Of a DNA stretch of 64,000 bases, positions 1-9,672 are shown one piece after another. Each line of letters opens with the position of its first letter. The first letter of the stretch is position 1. The position numbers and the translations under genes are program-made. The stretch covers positions 416,001 to 480,000 of the forward strand of contig CAWIIB010000009.1 of NCBI GenBank assembly GCA_963836075.1, written 5' to 3'. The notes beneath the pieces are model-generated. The model was given only the letters and a program-made list of their open reading frames with translations, had not been told where the DNA came from and did not search any database. Source of the stretch: an uncultured Acidobacteriota bacterium (GTDB lineage: Bacteria > Acidobacteriota > JAQAZP01).

Positions 1-1828
1 CAGCACCACCGTGTCGGCCTCCACCAGGACATCCTTGCTGTCCTTGGCCGTGACCACCACCCCGCTGGCGGTGATCTCCTTGACCTGGCAGAGGGTCACC
101 ATCTCCACGTTGGCCCCCCTGAGCTTGCTCATGTAGCGCCAGATGTAGGAGGGATTGACATCGCGGCCGAACTTCTTCTGCGGGCCGATCATGGTCACCG
201 TGTGCCCCCCCTTGTCGAGGAGGTAGAGCGCGGTGGAGATGGAAACGCCGGTGCCGCCGATGATCGCCACCCGCTTGCCCACGTCGACTTTCTTGTGCAT
301 CACGTCCAGCGCGGAAACCACGTTGGGCCCGTCACCACCCGGATAAGCCGAGGGGTCGGGGGCGGCGCCGGTGGCCAGCACCACGATGTCGGTGCCCAGT
401 TCCTCCAGCATCTCCTTTGTCGCCGCGGTGCCCAGCTTCAACTGGCCGCCGTGCTTCTTCAGCATGGTGACATAGTAGTTGACCAGCCGGCCGAACTCCT
501 CGTCGCCCCAGGGGCCGTTGGCCGCGGCCGAGAGCTGGCCGCCAGGCTGCTCCTCCCTCTCGTAGACCGTTACCTGGTGGCCCTTCTCGGCGGCGATCAC
601 CGCCGTCTGCAGGCCGGCCACCCCCGATCCCACCACGGCCACCGTTTTCGGCCTCTCCGTTTTTGCGAAGCCGTAGAAGCCGAACTCCGGCTCGGTCTCG
701 TGGCCCAGCGAGGGACGGACCATGCAGTTCAGCTCGGCGTCGCGGAAGAGGCGGGCCAGGCAGAGGTTGCAGGCCATGCAGGGGATGATCTCGTCCTGCC
801 GGTCCTCGAGGATTTTCTGCGGCAGCATCGGGTCGGCGATCATCGCGCGGCACGATTCCCAGAAGTCGAGCTTGCCCTCGCCGATGGCCTGGTCCGGCTG
901 GTCGGGGAGGAAGAGGCGGTAGGCCATGGCCACGGTGATCTGCTCGGGCAGGGCCTTCTTGTATTCCTCGGCGATGTAGAGCCACGAGCCCTGGGGGCAG
1001 TCGCGGCTGATCACCGACTTGGCCGACTCCTGCCAGCCGGCGGTGATGGAGAGGCAGTCCACCCCGGCGTCGACGATGATCTTGTTGGTGGTCATCGTGT
1101 CCTCGGGGGTGTTGCCGCCCCGGTCGTCCAGCAGCTCGCGGCCGCAGAGGCGGATGACGATGGGATAGTCGTCGCCCACCACCTTGCGGATGCCGGCCAC
1201 GATGCGGCGGGGGAACTCGGCCCGCTTCTCCGGCGAACCGCCGAACTCGTCGGTCCGCTTGTTGGTGTAGGGCGAGATGAAGTTGGAGAGCAGGTAGCCG
1301 ACGATGCCCGAGATCTCGATGGCGTCGAAGCCGGCCTCCTGGCAGCGGATGGCCGCGTCAACGTGCTCCTGGACGCACTGCTCGATGTCCTCGACGCGTC
1401 ATCTCCACCGGCTCGCGGAAGCGGGGCAGCCGCTGGGGCACCACCGAGGGGCCCACGGTGTAGTCGAGATGCACGCCGCCCACCCGGCCGCAGTGCATCA
1501 GCTGCAGCACCGACTTGGAGTCGTACTTGCGGATCACGTCGGCGATGCGCTTCAGGCCGGGGATGAACTGGTCGTCGTAGATCGCCATCATCCCCACGTA
1601 GCCCTTGCCCTCGCCGCGAGGGGTCGGTGAAGGCGCCCTGGGTGGTCACCATCCCGGCGCCGCCCCGGGCCTGGGCCTCCATGTAGGCCACCTCCTTGTC
1701 CGAGACAAGCCGTCGACGAAGTTGAAGTTGGTCTCGGTGGAGGCGTACTTGATGCGGTTCTTCACCTCCATCTTCCCCAGGTATCCCGGGGAGAAGACGT
1801 GGGGATATTTTTTTGCGCCCGGTAGCAT
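1..1828 (-). CDS. NADH:flavin oxidoreductase, Old Yellow Enzyme / 2,4-dienoyl-CoA reductase (FadH)-like, with FeS and FAD domains; runs off left edge; three apparent frameshifts (~1710, ~1620, ~1395)
   Basis: Stitched frames give KNRIKYAS..., YMEAQARGGAGMVTT, LQLMHCGR, AGFDAIEISGIVGYLLSNFISPYTNKRTDEFGGS, CMACNLC...NCMVRP and VAVVGSGVAGLQTA (Rossmann fold). Confidence 0.85.
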
Positions 1829-1861
1829 GAGAACCTCCTGCTATTGATAGTTATCATTTCC

Positions 1862-1939
1862 AGGGACGTACATGAATATATGAATATTTGGCGCCTGGCG
1901 CCTGATTCTCAAAATATTCATATATTCATGTACGTCCCT
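1862..1939. repeat. Perfect 28-bp inverted repeat with 22-nt loop (REP-like hairpin or operator)
   Basis: agggacgtacatgaatatatgaatattt (1862-1889) / aaatattcatatattcatgtacgtccct (1912-1939). Confidence 0.9.
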
Positions 1940-1943
1940 CCGT

Positions 1944-2408
1944 TTACGCTTCGCCAGCCAACCGCTGCAGTTCCTCCAGCTTCGGGCGGTGGAGGATCAT
2001 CGCGCAAGCGGCCACCACGACGAAGAGATACAGCGTCTGCAGGCTGTCGCCGAGGAAGACCAGAACCAGCCCGAACAGACCTACCGCTTCGCAGATACCC
2101 GCGGAGATCATGGTGGCCATCCGGTATTTCGCCACCGCTACCGCACTCCCCAACGGCTGGCCCGATCCATCACCGGCGAGCATCCGCCTGCGGATGAAGA
2201 ATGAGCCGACAAGCATCAGGCCGCCCACCCCGGCGAGGATGTTTCTGATCGGCTGTACTGGAATGGATTCCGGATCCACCAGGTTCCGGCCGATGAGGGC
2301 GTGGCCGATCACCGCGTAGATCACCAGCGCCACGAAAATGGCACCCCAGATCACCTGGGTGGTACGGAACTCCTTCTGCAGGGTCTCGGTCATGGTGCTC
2401 ATGATCAT
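1944..2408 (-). CDS. Hypothetical membrane protein (~4 TM)
   Basis: 154 aa ORF with several hydrophobic segments, purine-rich RBS upstream, co-oriented with the operon. Confidence 0.75.
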   Translation of the reverse strand: MIMSTMTETLQKEFRTTQVIWGAIFVALVIYAVIGHALIGRNLVDPESIPVQPIRNILAGVGGLMLVGSFFIRRRMLAGDGSGQPLGSAVAVAKYRMATMISAGICEAVGLFGLVLVFLGDSLQTLYLFVVVAACAMILHRPKLEELQRLAGEA

Positions 2409-2421
2409 CCCTCCTCCCTCC

Positions 2422-2508
2422 TGTCATCGCGAACGTAGCGAGGCGATCTCTGTCAGGATTCACTGGTTCGTTTGAAATTGCTTCGTCGCTACGCTCCTCG
2501 CAATGACA
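2422..2508. repeat. REP-like palindromic element (tgtcat...atgaca family)
   Basis: tgtcatcgcgaacgtagcgaggcgatctc ... gaaattgcttcgtcgctacgctcctcgcaatgaca, imperfect inverted arms; minus strand reads CHCEERSDEAIS, typical of this intergenic repeat family. Confidence 0.7.
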
Positions 2509-2513
2509 ATCTG

Positions 2514-3716
2514 TCACTCCGTTCCAAACACAATCCCCGCGTCCCGCCAGGCCGCCACTTCATCTTCACCGGCGCCGGCCTCGGAGAGGATGCGCACCGT
2601 GTCCTGGCCATAGCGGGGCGGCGGCCCCAGAACCGCCGGCTCGTCGTCCCGCTGCACCGCCGACGGCTGCAGCTTCACCACGGTGCCGTCGGGGAGGGTG
2701 GTGCTCTTGAGGTGCGGCACCAGCCAGCCCGCCTCCGCCACCTGCGGGATGGTGCTCACCGCACAGGCCACGATGCCGGCCTGGTTCAGCGCCTCCACCA
2801 GGGTGGCAGTCTCCCAGCCTTTGGTCACCTCGGCCACTTCAAGGTGGATTTCCTCCCGCTGGGCCTTGCGCCCCTCGTTGGTGGACCGCACGTCGTTGGC
2901 CAGCTTCTTGAACGCATCGAGGCCGGTGAGCCGCTGCCACTGCACGTCATTGCCCACCGCCAGCAGCAGGTGGCCGTCTCTGGTGGGATAGACATTGACC
3001 GGCACGAACTGCCGGTGTTCGTTGCCCGCACGGTTGAAGCAGTCGGACGGCGCGCCCATCCCCACCATGGGCAGGGTGGTGATCAGCCAGCTGGCCGCCA
3101 CCCGGGCCATGGAGACGTCGATGCGCCGGGCCCCGGCCCCCTCGGCCTGTTCGGCCAGGGCGAGCATGGTCTGGGCAAAGACCTCGTCACCGGCCTTGAG
3201 GTCGGCCAGCGGGGCGCCAGTGAGCATCGGCGGGCCCTTGGGGTCGCCGGTGATCGCCATGTGGCCGGTGGCCGCCTGCACTGCCGGGTCGTAGCCCGGG
3301 GTCTTTGGCGCCTCGGGCCCGTAGGCAGAGATGCCGGCCCAGATGATCTTCGGGTTGTGCTTCTTCAGTGTCTCGAAGTCGATGCCCAGCTGCTCGTAGC
3401 GGGCGGGCAGGGTGTTGCAGCAGAAGACGTCCACCGGCAGCTCGCGCACCAGTCGGTGCAGCACCGCCCGGCCCTCCTCCGTCTTGAGGTTGATCGACAT
3501 CGCCTCCTTGCCCGCATTGGGCGCGACGAAGTAGGAGCAGCAGTCGGGGCCGCCCACCGGGTCGCCGATGTAGCGGTTGGGATCGCCGGGGGTGGTCTGG
3601 CCCGGCGCCGGTGTGGGCTCGAGCTTGATCACCCGCCAGCCGAGACAGGCGAAGCGCAGCGTGGCATAGGTCATGGAGAGCGCCTGCTCGAGGCTGAGCA
3701 CGGTTCTCGGTCTCAC
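2514..3716 (-). CDS. Family III CoA transferase (CaiB/BaiF)
   Basis: LGWRVIKLEP...GDPNR, NAGKEAMSINLK, ISAYG...PGYDPAVQAATG, ADLKAG motifs. Confidence 0.92.
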   Translation of the reverse strand: MRPRTVLSLEQALSMTYATLRFACLGWRVIKLEPTPAPGQTTPGDPNRYIGDPVGGPDCCSYFVAPNAGKEAMSINLKTEEGRAVLHRLVRELPVDVFCCNTLPARYEQLGIDFETLKKHNPKIIWAGISAYGPEAPKTPGYDPAVQAATGHMAITGDPKGPPMLTGAPLADLKAGDEVFAQTMLALAEQAEGAGARRIDVSMARVAASWLITTLPMVGMGAPSDCFNRAGNEHRQFVPVNVYPTRDGHLLLAVGNDVQWQRLTGLDAFKKLANDVRSTNEGRKAQREEIHLEVAEVTKGWETATLVEALNQAGIVACAVSTIPQVAEAGWLVPHLKSTTLPDGTVVKLQPSAVQRDDEPAVLGPPPRYGQDTVRILSEAGAGEDEVAAWRDAGIVFGTE

Positions 3717-6035
3717 GTCATCTCCTCCGGAAGGACCTCGCGGCCGGCGCGCAGCGAAAGCAGCACCCGCTCGGGGGTCAGCGGCAGCCGCCGGAAACGG
3801 ATGCCGGTGGCGTCGTGCACCGCGTTGGCCAGTGCCGGGGCGACGCAGATGGCCGGCGCTTCGCCGATCCCCTTGGCCCCGAACGGCCCCTCGGGCGCTC
3901 TGGTCTCGATGAAGTGCATCTCCACCTCGGGCATCTCCGGCGCGGTGATCAGCCGGTAATCGCGGAAGTCGGGGTTTTGCACCCGGCCCTCCTTCACCTG
4001 CAAATCTTCGGTGAGGCCGTAGCCCAGGCCCATGGACACACCACCCTCCACCTGGCCCTCGATGCCCAGGCGGTTGAGCACCCGGCCCACGTCGTGGGCC
4101 GCGGTGACCTTGAGCGGCCGCACCACCCCGGTCTCGGTGTCCACCTCCACCTCCACCACGTGGGTGCCGAAGGCGTAAGTCGGCGAGACGTTGCCCTTGA
4201 ATTCGCGGTTCTGCATCTGGCTGGGCGGCTCATAGTAGTGCTCGGTGATCACCGTCTCGAACTTGCTCCTGAAATGCAGCTTGCGGATCACCTTGCCCAG
4301 CCCGATCAGCACTTCCCCGTCCCCGGCCCGCACCACCTGGCCCCTGCGGATGTCGAGCTGGTCGGCGGGGAGTTCCAGCTGTTCGGCGGCGGCAGCGAGG
4401 AGTTTGGCCCGCGCTTTCTCCGCCGCGCCCCGGGCCGAGTTGCCGGCGACAAAGGTGGTGCGCGAGGCGTGGACCCCCACGTCCCAGGGCGTGATCGCGG
4501 TATCGTCGTTGATCACCCGGATCCGCTCCAGCGGCACTCCGAGCACTTCGGCGACGATCATCGCCAGCACCGTCTCCGAACCCTGGCCGATCTCCGACGA
4601 GCCGGTGATCAGGGTGAAGTTGGCGTAGTCGTCGGCTTTGAGGATCGTGCCGCAACCGTCCGAGTGGTAGATCTTGGCCCCGCCGCCCACGTGGACCATG
4701 GAGGCCATGCCGATGCCCCGCTTGAGGTGCGGCTCCGGCGCCTCCATCCGGCCGTGCTTTTCGGCCCAGCCGGCCGAGCCGGCCGCCGTCTCCAGGCACT
4801 CCTTCTGCCCGCAGGTCTCCAGATACATCCCCTGGCCGGTGGTCTCCCCCTGCTCCAGCGAGTTCTTCAGCCTGAGTTCCAGCGGATCGATGCCCAGTTC
4901 ATCGGCCAGCCGGTCGAGCTGGGACTCCACGGCAAAGGTGGCCTGCAGGTTGCCGTAGCCGCGCATCGAACCCGAGTAGGGGTTGTTGGTGTTCACCACC
5001 GTGGTGTGGAAGCGGACGCTGGGCACGCGGTAGAGCGAGGAAAAGCAGTGCATCATCACGAAGGGTGTGGTGGCCCCCCAGGAGGTGCGGCCGCCGTTGT
5101 CGTGGACCAGGTGCGCGTCACGAAATGTCAGGGTGCCGTCCTTCTTCGCGCCGCAACGCAGCCTGATCTCGGTGGGCTGGCGGGTGGGCGAGGCGATGAA
5201 CTCCTCATGGCGGTTGAACAGCAGGCGCACCGGCCGGCCGGAGGCCCGGGCCAGGTGCACCGCGATCGGCTCGAAGGGGTAGATGTCGAGCTTGGAACCG
5301 AAGCCGCCGCCAATGGTGGCCTGGACCACCCGGATCTTCTCCGGCGGCATCCTGACGATCCAGGCCATGTCCCGCTGGTAGAGGAAGGGGACCTGGGTCA
5401 GCGACCAGAGGGTCAGGTCGTCACGGGGCCCGAACTCGGCGATAATGCCCGAGGAGCCCATGCAGGCGTGGGTGACGAACTGCAGGTGGTAGGTGTCCTC
5501 CAGCACCACGTCGCTCTCCCGCTCGGCGGCCTCCACGTCGCCGTGGGCGTAGTCGTAGCGGAAGGGGACGTTGTCCGGCCGCTCCTCGTGAATCACCGGC
5601 GCCCCGGGCTTCAGCGCCTCGTGGGGGTCGAACACCGGCGGCAGGTCCTCGTATTCCACCTCGATCAGGCGGCAGGCCTCGCGGGCGATCTCCTCGGTCT
5701 CGGCGGCCACCGCGGCGATCTCGTCCCGCTGGCAGGTGACCTTGTCGCCCTTCAGGGCGTAGTTGTCCTTGCCGTGGCCGAAGGGGACGTTGATGATATC
5801 CTCCGCGGTGATCACCGCCTTGACCCCGGGCAGCGATTTCGCCCGCTCGGTTTTCACCGCAAGGATTTTCGCGTGGACCCGGTTCGTGCGCTTGATGGCG
5901 CCGTGCAGCATGCGCGGCCGCACCAGATCGTGGATGTAGACCGCGCGGCCGGTGGCACGCTCCGGCCCGTCCAGTTTTGGGGATACGTTGGCCGATCAGG
6001 CTCTCCCGGAGGATCTTCGGGGCGTTGTCGCTCAT
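3713..6035 (-). CDS. Xanthine dehydrogenase family molybdopterin-binding subunit (frameshift at ~5975)
   Basis: IGGGFGSK, MRGYGNLQ, EIGQGSET, GQVEGG, GAKGIGE motifs; N-terminus MSDNAPK...IGQRIPK joins LDGPERATG if one A of an A-run is removed. Confidence 0.9.
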
Positions 6036-6520
6036 GGCTCTACCCCCCTTTTAGCCAGCGATCGGATGGCATCGATGATCTTGACATAGCCGGTGCAGCG
6101 GCAGAGGTTCCCCTCCACCGAACGGCGGATCTGCTCCTCGGTGGGGTTGGGGTTCTCGCGGACAAAGGCATAGGCCCGCAGAACCATCGCCGGGGTGCAG
6201 AACCCGCACTGCACCGCACCCAGTTCCACAAAGGCGGCCACGGCCGGGTGCATTTCACCGTTCCGGCCCTGGAGCCCCTCGATGGTGGTCACCTCCCGGC
6301 CGTCGGCCTCGGCTGCCGGGTAGAGGCAGGAGTTCACCGCCACGCCGTCCACCAGCACGGTGCAGGCGCCGCAGTCCCCCTCCTCGCAGCTGGTCTTGGT
6401 CCCCTTGAGGTCCAAACGCTCGCGGAGCATGTCCACCAGCCGTTCCGCAGGCCGGACCGCCGTCTTCACCGGCTCGCCGTTGATGATGCAGCTGACTTCA
6501 AGCTCTACAGGCACGGGCAA
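6032..6520 (-). CDS. [2Fe-2S]-binding small subunit of the Mo hydroxylase (CoxS-like)
   Basis: GTKTSCEEGDCGACTV...NSC and QCGFCTP...GNLCRCTGY. Confidence 0.95.
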   Translation of the reverse strand: MPVPVELEVSCIINGEPVKTAVRPAERLVDMLRERLDLKGTKTSCEEGDCGACTVLVDGVAVNSCLYPAAEADGREVTTIEGLQGRNGEMHPAVAAFVELGAVQCGFCTPAMVLRAYAFVRENPNPTEEQIRRSVEGNLCRCTGYVKIIDAIRSLAKRGVEP

Positions 6521-7380
6521 GCCTCCTTACCAGCGACGCTGCCAGCTCGCGGCGATAGGCCGCGCTGCCGCGCACATCGGAGATCGGCGACACTTCCTGT
6601 CGCGCCGCTTCCGATGCCAGTTCCAGCGTTTCTTCATTCAGCAGTTGTCCATTGAGGGCTGCTTCGGTCTGCGGGCCGCGTATCGGCCGGTCGGCCAGCG
6701 CACCGAAAGCGATCCGCACCTCGCTCACCCGCTCCCCTTCCATCAGCAGGCCCATGCCGGCGGAAGCCGTGGCACAGACCATGGCCGGCCGGGTGCCCGG
6801 TTTCTGCGAGGCGAAGCGCATCCCGGCGGGCTGCGGGGGGATGACCACCGCGCTGATCAGCTCGTTGGTCTCCCGCACCGTCGAGCCGGGGCCGGTGAAG
6901 AAATCGGCCAGGGGAACCCGTCTCAGGTTCGGGCTGCTGTCCCCTCCGCAGGAAGCCAGCTCCACTTCGGCCTCGAGGATGAGCAGCGGCACGGCCGTGT
7001 CGGCGGCCGGCGAGGCGTTGGCCAGGTTGCCGCCCATGAGTGGCCACCGCCCTGATCTGGGGCGAGGCGATGAGGTCGGCGGCCGTGGCCAGCACCGGGC
7101 AGGTCTCGTTGAGCAGGGTATCGGCAGCCAGCTGGCGGAAGGTGGCCGCGCCGCCGATGCGGATCGTGTCGCCGTCCCGCTCGATCACGCCCAGCTCGGG
7201 AATGCGCTTGAGGCTCACCATCTCCCAGGACCCGGGCGGCATCTGACGCCTGTGGTCGCGGACCAGCAGGTCGGTCCCCCCGGCCACCGGCCAGAGCGGC
7301 ACCTCGGCCCCGGCCATCAGGGCCAGCGCTTCACGGAGAGACGCCGGCCGGTGGTAGTTGCGGCATTCGCTGGCACTCAA
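6498..7380 (-). CDS. FAD-binding medium subunit of the Mo hydroxylase (CoxM-like; frameshift at ~7040)
   Basis: VAGGTDL, IASPQIRAVAT + MGGNLANASPAAD, PISDVRGSAAYRR; no HcrB-type 4Fe-4S insert seen. Confidence 0.9.
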
Positions 7381-8996
7381 AACCTGATCGCCTCCTGGTA
7401 CCCGCCGAACACTTCTTTCAGTGCCCGGGTGATCTCGCCCACCGTGGCCATGGCCCGCACCGCGGCCATCACCGGGGGAACGAGGTTGTCGTTCGAACCG
7501 GCCGCCCGACGGATCTCCGCCAGAGCACCCTCCACCGCACCCGGGTCACGCAGGGTCCGAATGCGCGCGGTGCGCTGCACCAGCTTCTCCCCCTCGCCGG
7601 GGTCGTAGGGGTGGATCTCCACGTCGCGGGCCTCCTCCCCCTCGTCCATCACGAAGCGGTTGATCCCCACCTTGGGGATGACACCATCCTGGATGCCCTT
7701 CTCCCACTGGTAGGCCCGGCGGGCCACCGCGGCCTGCACGTCGCCGTCGGCAATGGCCTGCAGGATGCCCTTGCCCTGTTCCAGCTCCCGGACCATCTTT
7801 TCGATCCGCTCTTCCAGCTGGTTGGTGATCGTCTCCACGTAGTACGAGCCGGCCAGCGGGTCGACGGTGTCGCAGAGCCCCATCTCCTCCTGGAGGATCT
7901 GCATCGTGCGCAGGGAGATCCGCGCCGCCTTCTCGCTGGGGATGGTGTAGGCCTCGTCGTAGGAACAGAGGGCCATGGTCTGCGTCCCGGAAAGGGCGCT
8001 GATCAGGGCGTAGTATGCGCCGCGGACGATGTTGTTCTCCGGCTGCTGGATGGTCAGCCCGCCCCCGCCGCCGCCGGCGATCATCCGCAGCAGCATGGAG
8101 CGCGGGTTCTGCGCGCCGTAGTCCTCCTTGATCATCCGCGCCCAGAGACGCCGCCCGGCGCGGAACTTGGCGATCTGCTCGAAGAAGTTGCCGTGGATGT
8201 CGAAGTTGAAGGAGAGCCGCGGGGCGAACTCGTCGATGGTCATCCCCCGGGCCAGCACGTGGTCGATATAGGCCCGGGCGATGGCGAAGCCGTAGGCCAT
8301 CTCCTGCACCGGGTCGGCCCCCGACTCGCGGATGTGGTAGCCGCAGACCGAGACCGGGGAGTACTTGGGCATGTGCTCGGCGCACCAGGTGATGGTGTCA
8401 CCCACCAGGCGCACCGACGGCTCCACCGGGAAGACCCAGGTGCCGCGGCCGACGAACTCCTTGAGGATGTCGTTCTGGGCCGTGCCCCGCAGTTTGGTCA
8501 GGTCGTAGCCCCGTTTCTCGGCCAGGGCGAAGTACATCGCCATCAGGGTGATCGCCGCGCCGTTGATGGTCAGCGACACGGTGATCTTCTCCAGATCGAT
8601 GCCCTCGAAGGCTTCCTCCATGTCGGCCAGCGTGTCCACCGCCATCCCCACCCGGCCCACCTCGCCGGCGGCCATGGGATCGTCGCTGTCCAGCCCCACC
8701 TGGGTCGGCAGGTCAAAGGCCACGTTGAGGCCGGTGTTCCCCTGGGCGATGAGGTATTTGAAGCGCTGGTTGGTGTCGGCGGCCGACCCGAAGCCCGAAT
8801 ACTGGCGCATGGTCCAGGGCCGCTTGCGATACATTTCGGGGTGGATGCCCCGGGTGAAGGGATACTCGCCCGGCCGGCCGATGCTTCCCGCGCCGCCGCT
8901 GGCCTCCAGCTCTTCCGGGCCGTAGACCGGCTTGACCTCGATGCCCGATTCGAGAACCACGGGGGGGATGTCCTTTTTACTGTCGCTGTTGCTCAT
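7377..8996 (-). CDS. B12-dependent acyl-CoA mutase, substrate-binding subunit (methylmalonyl-CoA mutase family)
   Basis: PGEYPFTRG, WTMRQYSGFG, AFDLPTQ, QNDILKEF, GYHIRE, DPLAGSYYVE. Confidence 0.95.
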   Translation of the reverse strand: MSNSDSKKDIPPVVLESGIEVKPVYGPEELEASGGAGSIGRPGEYPFTRGIHPEMYRKRPWTMRQYSGFGSAADTNQRFKYLIAQGNTGLNVAFDLPTQVGLDSDDPMAAGEVGRVGMAVDTLADMEEAFEGIDLEKITVSLTINGAAITLMAMYFALAEKRGYDLTKLRGTAQNDILKEFVGRGTWVFPVEPSVRLVGDTITWCAEHMPKYSPVSVCGYHIRESGADPVQEMAYGFAIARAYIDHVLARGMTIDEFAPRLSFNFDIHGNFFEQIAKFRAGRRLWARMIKEDYGAQNPRSMLLRMIAGGGGGGLTIQQPENNIVRGAYYALISALSGTQTMALCSYDEAYTIPSEKAARISLRTMQILQEEMGLCDTVDPLAGSYYVETITNQLEERIEKMVRELEQGKGILQAIADGDVQAAVARRAYQWEKGIQDGVIPKVGINRFVMDEGEEARDVEIHPYDPGEGEKLVQRTARIRTLRDPGAVEGALAEIRRAAGSNDNLVPPVMAAVRAMATVGEITRALKEVFGGYQEAIRF

Positions 8997-9091
8997 CGAT
9001 CAGGCTCCAAAACGTTTATGTCAGATTCGGCGTAATCTCTTCGTTCACAATTTGCAGCACTGCCGGCGTGGCGATCTTCGGAATGCCGCTC

Positions 9092-9244
9092 TCACTTCTT
9101 CCTGAATTTCAGGAACAGCCCCAGGGCGAGCATGATCCCCCCCAGCATCAGGAGCGCCGTGTTGCCGTAGTTGAAGCCGATGACCAGGAACACGATGCCC
9201 AGGACCAGGCCGATCAGCGGCGCCTGTTTCTTCAGGTCATCCAT
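9092..9244 (-). CDS. Small two-TM membrane protein (not in ORF track)
   Basis: MDDLKKQAPLIGLVLGIVFLVIGFNYGNTALLMLGGIMLALGLFLKFRKK*, directly after the B12-binding subunit. Confidence 0.6.
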   Translation of the reverse strand: MDDLKKQAPLIGLVLGIVFLVIGFNYGNTALLMLGGIMLALGLFLKFRKK

Positions 9245-9252
9245 ATCCACGA

Positions 9253-9660
9253 TCAGTCCCCCCGCCCCATCCGCTCGTTGATGAAGGCCACCATCTCTTC
9301 CAGCCTGGCCCCGGTGGAGAAGACCCGGGCCACGCCGAGGGCCTCCAGTGCCGCATGATCACTCTTGGGAACATTGCCCCCCACGATCCAGAGCTTGTCA
9401 CCCAGGCCCTGCTCTTCGAAGAGCGTCTTCAACTGGGTGCAGATCGGCAGGTGGGCTCCGGTCATGACGGAAAGGCCGATGACATCCACATCTCTTGCCT
9501 TTGCCGCTTCGACAATGTCTTCCGGCGACTGGCGCAGGCCGGTGTAAAAGACGTCCATGCCGGCGGCGGACAAAGCCTGCACCACCACCTTGGCCCCCTG
9601 GTCGTGGCCGTCGAGGCCCGGTTTGGCCAGCAGCACGCGGATCGGTTTTTTCTCACTCAT
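9253..9660 (-). CDS. Cobalamin-binding subunit of the acyl-CoA mutase
   Basis: KPGLDGHDQGAKV (DxHxxG) motif, GLSVMTGAH. Confidence 0.95.
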   Translation of the reverse strand: MSEKKPIRVLLAKPGLDGHDQGAKVVVQALSAAGMDVFYTGLRQSPEDIVEAAKARDVDVIGLSVMTGAHLPICTQLKTLFEEQGLGDKLWIVGGNVPKSDHAALEALGVARVFSTGARLEEMVAFINERMGRGD

Positions 9661-9672
9661 GGTCGAAATACC

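Noticed and set aside
3713-7380. 4-hydroxybenzoyl-CoA reductase (hcrABC) or aerobic CO dehydrogenase
   Set aside because: The FAD subunit lacks the HcrB 4Fe-4S insert and the Mo subunit lacks the CoxL AYxCSFR motif, so it is left at family level.
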